A stretch of DNA of 64,000 nt, from NCBI GenBank assembly GCA_965219415.1, contig CBDCNP010000002.1, positions 5,504,001 through 5,568,000 on the forward strand, given 5' to 3'. The notes beneath the pieces were generated by a model that searched no databases, had not been told where the DNA came from, and saw only the letters and a list, made by a program, of their open reading frames with translations. Each line of letters starts with the position of its first letter. Within the stretch, counting starts at the first letter, position 1. Shown here one piece after another: positions 10,178 to 20,465 of this stretch. The translations under genes and the position numbers were made by a program. Source of the stretch: Candidatus Marinacidobacterales bacterium (GTDB lineage: Bacteria; Acidobacteriota; Vicinamibacteria; Marinacidobacterales; DATDRI01).

Positions 10178-11440
10178 TGACCTTGCCCAGGAAAAGTGGA
10201 CGGGTTGATTATCTCGCATGAGCAGTTTTGAGATCATGAATCCGTTCGAACACCATTGGGCTGTTGTAATCGAGTGACGAGTGGAGTCGATATGGATTGT
10301 AGAACCCCTCGATGTAGCTCGCGACCGCGTCTTTGGCCATACGTCGTGTTGGCCAACTACGTCGGTGGAGGAGTTCGGTCTTGAGTGTGCCGAAGAAGCT
10401 CTCGGTCACGGCGTTGTCCCAGCAATCACCCTTGCGGCTCATCGAGCACACGATGCCGTACTCATCGAGCACGGCCTGGTAGGTCGCAGCCGCGTATTGA
10501 GTACCACGGTCTGAATGATGCACCAAGCCACTTTCCGGCAGGCGGCGCCCCAAGGCTATGTGAAGCGCCTCGAGAGCAAGCTCCGCGCGCAGGTGGGGCT
10601 GCATCGCCCAGCCGACGACACGACGCGAGAACAGATCGAGGATGACCGCCAAGTAGAGCCAGCCTTCCCAAGTCCGGATGAAGGTTATGTCCGTCACCCA
10701 GAACTGGTTCGGTCGTTCGGCTTCGAAGTTCCGACCGAGCACGTTGGGTGCGACAGGACGATCGTGCTTGCTGTCGGTCGTGCGGCGAAAACGCTTGCTG
10801 GGCAGGCCCTGCAGACCCATCTCACGCATCAGCCGTGCCACTCGCTGCTTGCCCACCTCGACGTTCTCCCCGTCAAGCTGGCGACGTACACGCTCCCTGC
10901 CGTAGGTACCACGGCTATGGGCGTGGATCGCTTGGATGCGCAGCTTCAGCTTCCCATCCTCACACTGTCGCTTGCTGGGCGCGCGCTTCATCTGAGCGTA
11001 GTAGCCGCTGGTCGATACCCTCAGGACTCGGCACATCACCCGCACCGGGTAGTTGGCCCGCTCCGCGTGAATGAAATTGAATCTCATTCGCTTTCTTTCG
11101 CGAAGAAGGCCGCCGCCTTTTTTAATATTTCTCGCTCTTGCTCCAACGTGCGCACTCGACGTCGTAGCGAACCCAGCTCATCACGTTCCGCCGTCGTCAG
11201 AGCCTCGCGTGGACCTTCACCGTGATCAACTTTGTATTGTTTCACCCAGTTTCGAAGGGATGATTCCGTCAGGTCCAGTTCCTTAGCGACCTGGCCGATG
11301 CTGCGCTCGCCTTCCCTGAACAACCGGACCGCTTCCTTCTTGAACTCCCCCGTGAACTTCCTGCGTCGTCGTTTTCCCATGGACGCCTCCAGGCGCATTG
11401 TCGCGCCTCGGTTGGTGTCCACAAAACCCGGGCAGGGCCA
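10178..11440 (-). mobile_element. IS3-family element type 2, copy 1 (orfA ending 11084, orfB 10209-11087)
   Basis: TIR TGACCTTGCCCAGG / CCCGGGCAGGGCCA; WVTDITF, HSDRG, DNAVTESFF; A6G run near orfA end. Confidence 0.95.
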
Positions 11441-11711
11441 CTAAACTGCTGATTTGTGGTCATTTCAAAAGAGCCGAGTTTTGGCACAGGACGGGGAACC
11501 CACGCAGGAAGCCGTTCCACTAGGCGGATTCTCGTAGCGGGCAGGTCACTTTCACCTCTACGGTGTTACGACCTGTGATGACATCTGCTACATCATACGC
11601 CAACCTTACCAACCTCTTGCCACTACGAGCAGCGCCATAACCGTCGGCGTCCACGCATTCCGCGTGAAGTCGTCGTGGGGGAGAACGGTGTGGCCGGGGA
11701 CGCTGGAGCGA

Positions 11712-12431
11712 TCAATCGGAATGAGTCGAAATTCCATCTTTGGTACCGTTCGAACCATGCAGCCTGGACAGTATTTGACCCATCAGATTGTTGATCGTCT
11801 GATACCTTTCGACCGGTGCCGCAAGAATTTCCTCTTCGGACTGAACGTACTTTGACGGCAGCAGCTCTCCCCGACATTGCTCGACAAGCTGACGGGCCGA
11901 TTCGGGGGTAGTTTCCAGATGAAACTGAAGCCCCAGCACACGGTTTCCAAACTGGAACGCTTGGTTTTCACAGGCTTCGCTCCTGGCCAGCAATCGCGCA
12001 CCATGCGGCAAATCGAAGGTCTCGCCGTGCCAGTGGAACACATCCATAGAGGACGGCAAGCTGAACTCGTTCTCCGCAGACGCCGCGTAGACGGGGAACC
12101 AGCCGATCTCCTTCGCGGGGTTCGGATAGACCTTTGCACCCATAGCGCTGGCAATCAGCTGGGCCCCGAGACACACGCCCAGAACCGGCTTCCCCGTCTG
12201 GATGCAATCGCGAATAAAACGTTTTTCGTCCACCAGCCAGGGATGCTTGGTCTCATCGTTCACGCTCATAAGGCCGCCCATCACGATCACGAAGTCGACA
12301 TCCCGGGCGGCAGGCAGATCGGTTGATTCGAAGAACGGCGTGTGTGTTAGCTCATATCGGGCTGACCGGAGCCATGACTCGATGCTGCCGAGTCCTTCGA
12401 ATGGAACGTGCTGCAAGTAATGAGCTCTCAT
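11712..12431 (-). CDS. Class I glutamine amidotransferase (GMP-synthase-like)
   Basis: Likely start MRAHYLQHVPFEG at 12431; GVCLGAQ nucleophile elbow, HWHGETF, QFHLE. Confidence 0.9.
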   Translation of the reverse strand: MRAHYLQHVPFEGLGSIESWLRSARYELTHTPFFESTDLPAARDVDFVIVMGGLMSVNDETKHPWLVDEKRFIRDCIQTGKPVLGVCLGAQLIASAMGAKVYPNPAKEIGWFPVYAASAENEFSLPSSMDVFHWHGETFDLPHGARLLARSEACENQAFQFGNRVLGLQFHLETTPESARQLVEQCRGELLPSKYVQSEEEILAAPVERYQTINNLMGQILSRLHGSNGTKDGISTHSD

Positions 12432-12479
12432 TGAGTCACATCCAGCCGACTGGTGCCTTGTTCCCCCGAACCGTACCGG

Positions 12480-12650
12480 CACTTCCGCTTCTTCCGTCGG
12501 TACGCCCAAGATCGTAGGGAATCGTTCCTCGTCGACACGGCAGCCCGAAAGGATGCCGGCCTTTTCCAGCCAAAGCCGCATGATGCTCGCATGCTTTCCG
12601 CCGCGAGGAAAGTGGATACCACATTCGCCGAGCCAAGTCCGCAGTTTCAC
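12480..12650 (-). pseudogene. Gene fragment, possibly from a restriction endonuclease
   Basis: LRTWL..GIHFPRGGKH.SIMRLWLEKAG; recalled resemblance only; fused in frame to the GATase ORF. Confidence 0.3.
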
Positions 12651-12669
12651 GAGATTGACGGTCTCACCG

Positions 12670-12892
12670 GTGGGCCCGCATGCCGCGAGCGACTCGGTGG
12701 CCTACTTCGTTATTACTATCGTGCGGCTGCCTGAGTAGATACGTTCGAGTGCCGTCCAAGCCGCCCCGTGGGTTTCGTATCGTCGTGGCGTTGACCTCGG
12801 CTGGCGGCCCATCGAATCCTCGCTTCGCGCAGATCCGGTCATCGACCCTCCACAGGCCGACGTCGAGCTCGACGTACTATTTGCACCATACG
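12670..12892 (+). mobile_element. 3' end of an rve element (RERLGGLLRYYYRAAA*) with terminus TTTGCACCATACG
   Basis: Conserved rve C-terminus; same terminus at about 52427-52458. Confidence 0.7.
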
Positions 12893-13025
12893 CGATTTTC
12901 GTCCCGTCGGACAGGCCCCCAACGGCAACCAGTACCGCCGCCTTGTCCTTCTCGAGGCCAGCCTTCACGTACACGCCATCTACCCACAGGTACACCAGCT
13001 CGAGTTCGTCCAGTGGGCGAGACAT
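12893..13025 (-). pseudogene. IS256 transposase fragment
   Basis: RPL..VYLWVDGVYVKAGLEKDKAAVLV.VG. Confidence 0.7.
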
Positions 13026-13229
13026 TCGTCGCTACTACTCGAACATGGATGTCTACGATCGTCTGGTGCCGGAGGACCTTATGGCGGTGCCGTGCCCGAT
13101 TCCAACGTTTGAATCCGACATGTCGAACAGCTAGAATTTGGCTAGAAGGGGTAGACCTTATCTCAGCCGATCGAATCCAAGCACAGTGATACGCTACGGT
13201 CGAGACGGAGGAAGCTTCGGAGGCAAGTC

Positions 13230-13390
13230 CATAGCGATAAGACGAATCTGGCACGGATGGACCACTCCGGAGAATGCGGATGCACACCAAGGCCTTACAA
13301 TGAGATCTTCCCGGGCAATAGACGCGAAGAACATCCGCAGCTATCGAGGGGTCGAGTTACTACGCCGCGAACGTGAGGACGAGGTCGAGC
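13230..13390 (+). pseudogene. Antibiotic-biosynthesis-monooxygenase-like fragment
   Basis: IRRIWHGWTTPENADA..KNI.SYRGVELLRRE..DEVE; lacks proper start and end. Confidence 0.5.
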
Positions 13391-13493
13391 CTATGTGCTC
13401 GAGTCTGCCCAAAAGGTCCTGAAACGCTGGGGCCAGGTTTCTGCACACTACGAGGTCGTGGAAACTCGTTCAGCGAACTGAAATCATCCGGCG

Positions 13494-14915
13494 ATGACTC
13501 TGCGTTCATCCGTGCCGATGAGTTTTCCTCCGGTTCCGGCAGACCTACGCACGAAGAACCCTTTTCGCTACCTCAAATTTTACGGCCCCGGTGCGATCAT
13601 AGCATCCGTTTCAATCGGGGGCGGGGAGACGATCGTCGCTTCTCGCGGGGGAGCCATCTTTGGTTTCGCGCTCATCTGGTGCATCCTGCTGGTCGCGATC
13701 TTGAAGGCGATGCAGGTTTACTCTGGGATGCGGGTGATGACACTGACCGGAAACCACCCGACGCACTATTGGGCCCAGATGAAAGGACCCCGGGCCTGGT
13801 TTCCGATTCTCCTGAGCCTCGTGGCGTTCATCATCATCGCCGCGACGTTCTCCGCTCTGCCCAAAGCGCTTGCCACGCTCTTGATGCAGTTACTGGGACG
13901 CGGTCCCGATTCGACCGCCTATGGGATGAACCTCAATGTGCTCTCGAGCGTAGTTCTCGTCGTCTGTGGCCTGGGTGCACTTAGAAGCAGCTACCGAACC
14001 CTCGAGCTCGCTCAGACGGTCATAGTCCTTCTCTTTCTCGCTCTTATTGTTGCTTCGTTCCTCGCGCTGAGGCCCGATCTGTGGATCGTTCTGAAGAACG
14101 TGCTCGTAATCTCGATCCCCGAGTACCCCGATTGGGTTCAAGAGAAGTATCCGACGATCGTGGCCCGCCCCAACTGGGTCGAAGTCATGACTTTCGTCGG
14201 ACTCATCGGCGGAAACAGCGGCGACTACATCGCGTATCTGAGCTTCTTGAGGAACAAGAAGTGGGGTCTTGCCGGAAGTATTGATGATGGAGCCCCGTCC
14301 GTCGACACGGAGGACGAGAGCAAGAAGGGCAAACTGTGGCTTCGTGCTCCCCTGACCGACATGCTCCTATCTTTCAGCTTGGTTGCCGTGCTCTCCGTCA
14401 TCTTTCTGGTTCTCGGGGCCATGGTCCTTTCTCCCGCGCGTCTCGTGCCCGACGCCTCGGAGCTCTTGAGTGTTCAAGCCAGATTCCTCACCGAGTTACA
14501 CCCGAGGCTGGCGCCCCTATACGTTGTTGGAATCGTCACCGTTTTCTTGGGTACGATCTACGGGACCTTCGAGCTCCAGACCCGTGCGCTCTTCGAATGT
14601 GGACGGGTTACCTCGGAGCGGCTGAGACGGACTTCGATCGACAGCGTGAGAAGTTTCGTCATCATCTACGGTACGGTGAGCGGACTCCTTCTGATTTGGA
14701 CGGGATGGGACCCGGTGGCGATCGTAACCCCCGGCGTTTTGGTCAGCGTTTTGGCATCGGGTCTGTGGTGTTTCGTGATTCTATGGGTGGATCGCCGCTT
14801 TCTCCCGAAATACTTTCAGATGCCTGTTGGGTTGGCCGTGGGGCTTGTGCTGGCGGGGATCATTCTCGTGGGCTTCGGTCTTCGTTCTACCTATGACTAC
14901 CTGGCGCAATTCTGA
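13494..14915 (+). CDS. Nramp-family (YcsG-like) membrane transporter
   Basis: YGPGAIIASVSIGGGE..SRGGAIFG motif; about 11 hydrophobic segments; start may be 13518. Confidence 0.75.
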   Translation: MTLRSSVPMSFPPVPADLRTKNPFRYLKFYGPGAIIASVSIGGGETIVASRGGAIFGFALIWCILLVAILKAMQVYSGMRVMTLTGNHPTHYWAQMKGPRAWFPILLSLVAFIIIAATFSALPKALATLLMQLLGRGPDSTAYGMNLNVLSSVVLVVCGLGALRSSYRTLELAQTVIVLLFLALIVASFLALRPDLWIVLKNVLVISIPEYPDWVQEKYPTIVARPNWVEVMTFVGLIGGNSGDYIAYLSFLRNKKWGLAGSIDDGAPSVDTEDESKKGKLWLRAPLTDMLLSFSLVAVLSVIFLVLGAMVLSPARLVPDASELLSVQARFLTELHPRLAPLYVVGIVTVFLGTIYGTFELQTRALFECGRVTSERLRRTSIDSVRSFVIIYGTVSGLLLIWTGWDPVAIVTPGVLVSVLASGLWCFVILWVDRRFLPKYFQMPVGLAVGLVLAGIILVGFGLRSTYDYLAQF

Positions 14916-14943
14916 GGGCGACCCGAGGTAGTACAATCAGCCT

Positions 14944-16875
14944 ATGAAAGTCGTGCGCACGACCTGCATTCTCGATTGCATGGACACCTGCTCGGTGCTT
15001 GCGCACATCGATGGAGATCGGCTCGTTCGTTTGCAGGGGGATTCGGACCATCCCATTACCCAAGGTTTCCTCTGTCACAAGGTCTCGAAGTATCCGGAGC
15101 GGGTCTATCACCCGGATCGTCTCCTCTATCCTCTGCGGCGTTCCGGCAACGGCTTCGAGCGCGTTTCATGGGACGAAGCGATCGACTACGCCGGTACCGA
15201 GCTTTCACGCCTCCGGAAAGAGCACGGTCCTTGGACGCTCTTTACCCTCAAAGGGCACGCGTCGATGGGCGCGCTCAAGCGTCTCTACGATCGGTTCATC
15301 AGGCTTTGGGGTGGGGCGTCCCGTGCTCACGGAAACTACTGTGCAGGGGAAGCCTTCCTCGCTTTTTCTCGGTCCTTCGGCAAGATCCTCTGTCACGACC
15401 CAAGGGATGTTCTGAATAGCCGCACGATCGTGCTCTGGGGAAGAAATCCCGCCGCGGCTCAAATTCACCTTGTTCCTTGGTTTCGGAAGGCCAAAGAGCA
15501 AGGCGCACGCATCATCCTTGTAGATCCCGTGGTCACCGAAAGCTCGGCCCTCGCCAACCTGCAAATCAAACCGAGGCCCGGCACCGATCACGATCTGGCC
15601 CAGGCAGTCGCCCGGGTCGTTCTGGACAAAGGATGGATGGACGACGATTTCGTTTCCGGCCATGCCGAAGGCTTCGCCGCCTATCGCCAGGGCGTTATCT
15701 CGGTCGATGTGGAGGAGCGCGCACGCCGCGCCGACGTCGCTCTCGGAGAGGTACTTGCGCTCGCGCAAGCGATAGCTCGTGAGCGGCCCGCAACGATCTT
15801 CCCGGGAATCGGGCTACAGCAGTACTCCCATGGTGCCGAGATCGTCGCACACGTCGCCTCGCTTGCGGTCCTGACCGGCAACATCGGCGTACCAGGAGGT
15901 GGCGTCAACTTCGGCCGCTGGCCTTGGGGAGAACTCGATGGATCGATTACCGGGAGTGACCTCGGTGCCGAACACAGAAACGTCCCGGTTGGTCACATCG
16001 CGGAAAGCCTCGATACGTTCGATGATCCGCCCATCACCGCCACTTTCATCACCGGGGCGAATCCAGTGGCCCAGCAGGCGCGGCCGGAGACCGTTCGCGA
16101 AGCTCTCCTGAATCGGGAGTTCAATCTGGTGGTGGAACAATTCATGACCGATACGGCCGAGTGCGCGCACCTTGTCCTTCCGGTAACGACGTTTCTCGAG
16201 GATGAAGATCTTGCGTTCAGTGGATCCCATTTCACCGCGAGTGTCACCGAGCCCGTCATTCCACGACCGGGTGAGGTGAAGTCGGATCTCAATATCTATC
16301 AGTTGTTGGCGGACCACCTCGGTTTCGGCGAGGGAATGGCCGGCACGACCGCCGAATGGATCGATCGCGCCGTCCGGCCATGGGAAGGGGAGGGATGGAG
16401 CTACCGAATGCTGAAGGCGAGCCCGCAAGCTTTTCCCGAAGCGGAGCTTATACCGTTCGAAGGAGGAGAATTTCACACACCATCGAAGCGCTTTGTCTTC
16501 CCGACTGAGAAAGCCGAGACACCTTCGATCGAGGACGAGTTTCCGCTGCGTCTCATCTCGGGTGCGACCAGAAAGGGCACCAACACGCAGCTGGTCAACA
16601 TGAAGCCTGCCGGGCTTCCGAGCGTCAAAGTACATCCCGAAACCGCGAAGCGTTTTGGCGTGGCAGATGGTGGAAGGGTACAACTCCGTTCCGCGGTTGG
16701 GACGGTCGAGGTGACGCTGGAGCTAGATGCGCGCCAACGACAAGATCTGGTTGTGTGTCGAAAGGGCGGCTGGTGGAAGACAGGCCACTCTATGAGTCCG
16801 TTGCTCGATAATCGATTCACACCCGGTGGGGGAGTCGCCTACAACGAAACCGCGGTCCGTTTGGAAAAAGCCTAG
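14944..16875 (+). CDS. Molybdopterin-dependent oxidoreductase (DMSO reductase superfamily)
   Basis: CxxDCxxxC..C [4Fe-4S] motif, RLLYPLRR, SWDEA, RPGTD, QFMTDTA..AHLVLP, C-terminal dinucleotide-binding domain. Confidence 0.9.
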   Translation: MKVVRTTCILDCMDTCSVLAHIDGDRLVRLQGDSDHPITQGFLCHKVSKYPERVYHPDRLLYPLRRSGNGFERVSWDEAIDYAGTELSRLRKEHGPWTLFTLKGHASMGALKRLYDRFIRLWGGASRAHGNYCAGEAFLAFSRSFGKILCHDPRDVLNSRTIVLWGRNPAAAQIHLVPWFRKAKEQGARIILVDPVVTESSALANLQIKPRPGTDHDLAQAVARVVLDKGWMDDDFVSGHAEGFAAYRQGVISVDVEERARRADVALGEVLALAQAIARERPATIFPGIGLQQYSHGAEIVAHVASLAVLTGNIGVPGGGVNFGRWPWGELDGSITGSDLGAEHRNVPVGHIAESLDTFDDPPITATFITGANPVAQQARPETVREALLNREFNLVVEQFMTDTAECAHLVLPVTTFLEDEDLAFSGSHFTASVTEPVIPRPGEVKSDLNIYQLLADHLGFGEGMAGTTAEWIDRAVRPWEGEGWSYRMLKASPQAFPEAELIPFEGGEFHTPSKRFVFPTEKAETPSIEDEFPLRLISGATRKGTNTQLVNMKPAGLPSVKVHPETAKRFGVADGGRVQLRSAVGTVEVTLELDARQRQDLVVCRKGGWWKTGHSMSPLLDNRFTPGGGVAYNETAVRLEKA

Positions 16876-16890
16876 GGGCGCTGCCGCGTG

Positions 16891-17760
16891 CCCGTCGTGT
16901 CCAAAAATACAAACGAACTCAAGACCCCGCGCGCCGGGGCGTTTCGGATTAGAGGCGCCTAGGCTTGGTTCGCCAATGGAAGCTAGAATCCCCGGTTATG
17001 AGGACGCCGATCCAGCCCTTGACACTGTTGCTAGTCGCCATCGCTGGTTGGCTCCAGCGTGACCAACAGGCGGCTATCGTCTACTTGCTCGAAGAGAACA
17101 GAGTCCTCAAGGCTCGGCTTTGCGGGAGGAAGCTTCGTCTGACGGATGACGAGCGATGTCGGCTCGCGGTAAAGGGTAAGGCGCTTGGCCGGAAACTTCT
17201 GACAGAAGTCGCCGGTATCGTCACACCGGAAACCCTGCTGGCTTGGCACCGAAGGCTCATTGCGCGGAAGTGGGACTACAGCGCGCGGCGGAAACAGCTT
17301 CGGACGGCCTCGGGTCATGGCGGAGATCAGCGAGCTCGTCGTGGAGATGGCGAAGTCGAATCGGGTATACACGCATTCGCGGTGCCCTATCGAATCTCGG
17401 GCATACCGTAGCCAGGAGCACCATCACCAATATTTTGCGGGAACACGGCATCGAGCCCGCGCCGGAGAGAGGTAAGCGGACGCCGTGGCGCACGTTTCTC
17501 ACCGCCCATTGGGAAACCGTTGCTGCGACCGACTTCTTCACCGTCGAGGTCGCCACGGTCCGCAGGCTTGTGACCTACTATGTGCTCGTCGTGATTGAGC
17601 TGTCATCGCGAAAAGTGCAGATTGCTGGAATCACTCCCAGGCCGGACGGCGGATTCATGATGCAAGTCGGTCGGAATCTCACCGACCCACTCGACGGCTT
17701 TCTGCGCGGCAAGCGATTCCTCATCCTGGACCGCGACCAGAAGTTCACCATGGAGTTTCG
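16891..17760 (+). mobile_element. rve element, B subfamily, frameshifted and truncated by a MITE
   Basis: B terminus CCCGTCGTGTCCAAAAA; [11 protein letters not shown]..; [10 protein letters not shown] cut at 17761. Confidence 0.85.
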
Positions 17761-17910
17761 CCTGTGCCTTCTATTTATTCATCCGCCAGCCCCATGGGTC
17801 GGAAGTCAGCCCTGCGGCGCGAAATACCCTGGATTCTGCGCGGATTCCAAGGGCGTCTAAGCTGCTGATTTGTGGTCCATTTCAAAAGGGCCGAGTTTTG
17901 GCACAGGACG
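17761..17910. repeat. D-F-A MITE
   Basis: Near-identical to 7169-7316. Confidence 0.85.
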
Positions 17911-18001
17911 GGGTCGGTCAGCTAGTTTTTCGTCAACTTGACAGTACCCTGTAGGGCGTCGCTGTCTGATGGCGGCTCAGACATCGGGGCAGGCGCATCG
18001 G

Positions 18002-19273
18002 TCACTGTTCCCGGCTCCCACTCGCTCTGGCGAGATGCTGGGCCTCGGCGGTCTGCTCAGGGGTTATCCTCTCCTTCACAAGATCGCGAGCTTTTCTCGC
18101 ATCTTCATCTCCTCTAGCCCCTGCAAGGTTGAACCACATATGGGCTTGGATATCGTTTTGCGGCACGCCTTCGCCGTTCGCATACAGGTAGCCGAGGTTG
18201 TTCTGCGCTAAGGCGTATCCCTGCTCGGCGGCCAGCCGGTACCACTTAACCGCTTCGGCATCGTCGTGCGGCACGAGCACGCCGTAGCGATACATGAACC
18301 CGAGGCTGTTCTGCGCTGAGGCGTCCCCCTGCTCGGCGGCTAGCCGGTACCACTTGACCGCCTCGGCATCGTCTTGCGGCACGCCTTCGCCGTTCGCATA
18401 CAGGTAGCCGAGGTTGTTCTGCGCTGAGGCGTATCCCTGCTCGGCGGCCAGCCGGTACCACTTGACCGCTTCGGCGTCGTCTTGCAGCACGCCTCGACCG
18501 GACGCATACATGTAGCCGAGATTGAACTGCGCTGAGGCGTATCCCTTCTCGGCGACCAGCTGGTACCACTTCACTGCCTCGCCATCGTCTTGCGGCACAC
18601 CTCGACCGGACGCATACATGTAGCCGAGGTTGTCCTGCGCTAAGGTGTGCCCCTGCTCGGCGGCCAGCCGGTACCACTTGACCACTTCGACGTCGTCCTG
18701 CAGTACGCCCCGACCGGACGCATACATGATGCCGAGGCTGAACTGTGCTGAGGCGTATCCCTGCTCGCCGGCCAGACGGTACCACTTGACTGCTTCGGCG
18801 TCGTCTTGCGGCACGCCTCGACCGGACGCATACATGTAGCCGAGATTGAACTGCGCTGAGGCGTATCCCTTCTCGGCGATCAGCCGGTACCACTTCACTG
18901 CCTCGCCATCGTCTTGCGGCACGCCTCGACCGGACACATACATGTAGCCGAGGTTGTCCTGCGCTAAGGTGTGCCCCTGCTTGGCGGCCAGACGGTACCA
19001 CTTGACTGCTTCGGCGTCGTTCTGCAGCACGCCCTCGCCGTTGTAATACATGCCGCCGAGGTTGAATTGCGTTGAGACGTTTCTCTGCTCGGCGGCGGTG
19101 CGGCAGGCTTCGACTCGTACGACAGGCTCGCGCTCGCTATTCAGGCAGATACCGAGGGCCGCTTCATCCTGGGCCAAAGGCGGATTGGCATCCGCGAGAA
19201 ACCATGTCAGGAGACCGTATGTGACCGCAAGTAGGAGTGCGGTTCCTTGGAGCGTTCCTTTCATCCTCTTCAT
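18002..19273 (-). CDS. Secreted or membrane-anchored Sel1-repeat protein (9 x 36 aa)
   Basis: AQFNLGYMY..GRGVPQDDAEAVKWYRLAAEQG repeats; N-terminal hydrophobic signal. Confidence 0.95.
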   Translation of the reverse strand: MKRMKGTLQGTALLLAVTYGLLTWFLADANPPLAQDEAALGICLNSEREPVVRVEACRTAAEQRNVSTQFNLGGMYYNGEGVLQNDAEAVKWYRLAAKQGHTLAQDNLGYMYVSGRGVPQDDGEAVKWYRLIAEKGYASAQFNLGYMYASGRGVPQDDAEAVKWYRLAGEQGYASAQFSLGIMYASGRGVLQDDVEVVKWYRLAAEQGHTLAQDNLGYMYASGRGVPQDDGEAVKWYQLVAEKGYASAQFNLGYMYASGRGVLQDDAEAVKWYRLAAEQGYASAQNNLGYLYANGEGVPQDDAEAVKWYRLAAEQGDASAQNSLGFMYRYGVLVPHDDAEAVKWYRLAAEQGYALAQNNLGYLYANGEGVPQNDIQAHMWFNLAGARGDEDARKARDLVKERITPEQTAEAQHLARASGSREQ

Positions 19274-19472
19274 ATCCGCACAACGCCCGCGTAGGGGTGC
19301 TTGCTCCGTTTACTGTTGCCGGCTCGTCTACGTCGTCGTGCGAGGACGGCAACTTATGCACAGTTTGGCGCAAGCTAAAGTCCGGTAACGTGAAAATCTG
19401 ATGTAACCTATTGTACTACAAAGTTCTTCTCCTCTCTCACAATAACAATTCGCTCGCGTCGCGAATGGGGGT

Positions 19473-19528
19473 TGTGCTCCGCAAAAAGTCGATCCAGCGG
19501 TACGCGATCTTCTTTTTTGCGGATCACA
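19473..19528. repeat. 56-bp minimal TIR element (C type)
   Basis: TGTGCTCCGCAAAAA ... TTTTTTGCGGATCACA. Confidence 0.7.
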
Positions 19529-19539
19529 TGTCGGCTTTC

Positions 19540-19872
19540 TGTCCTCGAGCCGATACCTCATTCACGACCGGGACTCGAAGTTTTGCGAGTCGTTCCACCG
19601 GACCATCGAGGCGGTTGGCGTCGCGCCCGTCAAGCTGCCCGCCACGGAGCCCGGATTTGAACTCGTTCGCGGAGCGCTGGGTGAAGTCAGTCAAAGAGGA
19701 ATGTCTCTCGAAGCTCATCCTGTTCGGCGAGAAGTCGCTCCGTCATGCGCTTAGGGAGTACGTCGTCTACCATCACCACGAGAGAATCATCAAGGCAAGG
19801 AGGAATCTGCTGCTGTTCCTAGCCAACGACCAGTTACCTCAGTCCGAGCGCAAGGTGCCGTCCCGTGAACGG
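19540..19872 (+). pseudogene. rve integrase C-terminal fragment (further subfamily)
   Basis: PPRSPDLNSFAERWVKSVKEECLSKLILFGEKSLR..RERLG. Confidence 0.7.
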
Positions 19873-19874
19873 CT

Positions 19875-20178
19875 TGGGTCTCCAGGGCGCGGTCCGTGGA
19901 CGTCGATTCAAGACGACGAAGCCGGATTCGAGCGGCGCTCGCCCGATGGACCTCGTGGAGCGCGACTTCAACGCCACACGCCCGAACGAGCTCTGGGTCT
20001 CGGACCTGACCTACATTGCCACGTGGCGCGGCTTCGTGTATGTCGCCTTCGTCATCGACGTCTTCGCTCGACTCATCGTCGGCTGGCGAGCGACGACATC
20101 GTTGACTGCCGGCATCGCTCTCGATGCGTTGGAGCAGGCGCTGCACGAGCGCCGACTAGACCCAGAACATCCATTGGT
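19875..20178 (+). pseudogene. IS3 type 3 orfB fragment
   Basis: Near-identical to 36624-36926 ([20 protein letters not shown]). Confidence 0.8.
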
Positions 20179-20291
20179 TGTGCCTTCTATTTATTCATCC
20201 GCGCGCACCGAACTTGATTAATCTCCGGTCTGCCAGCACCATGCCGACATGATTTCGTCGTTGGTTCCCGTCCTGTGCCAAAACTCGGCCC
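20179..20291. repeat. D-type terminus stub joined to an inverted A terminus
   Basis: TGTGCCTTCTATTTATTCATCCG..GGTTCC|CGTCCTGTGCCAAAACTCGG. Confidence 0.7.
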
Positions 20292-20465
20292 AGCCGGCAT
20301 TGACGAAAGAACTGCGCCTCTTGAAATCAGGCTAAAACTCTAGCACGCGAACAGGTTACGCGGCGGCCGCCAACACTTGACTGCGGAAGCACCGTCTACA
20401 CCCATGATCAGATCCACGCCAAGCTACCATGGCTACGGCTTGTCTTCCGCGTCGTGTCTTAAAAG

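Larger units (their letters stand above)
8833..11493. repeat. B-A MITE (~125 bp) interrupted by two IS3 elements
   Basis: Removing 8851-10108 and 10178-11440 restores a sequence matching the intact MITE at 53317-53446. Confidence 0.8.

Noticed and set aside
11712-12650. 312-aa ORF as a novel fusion protein
   Set aside because: Chance in-frame joining of a gene fragment to the GATase, whose natural start is at 12431
18170-19060. 108-bp tandem DNA repeats as a non-coding array or DGR template
   Set aside because: Fully explained by Sel1 coding repeats; no reverse transcriptase and no adenine-specific variation pattern
19411-20217. 268-aa ORF
   Set aside because: Read-through across MITE, rve and IS3 debris
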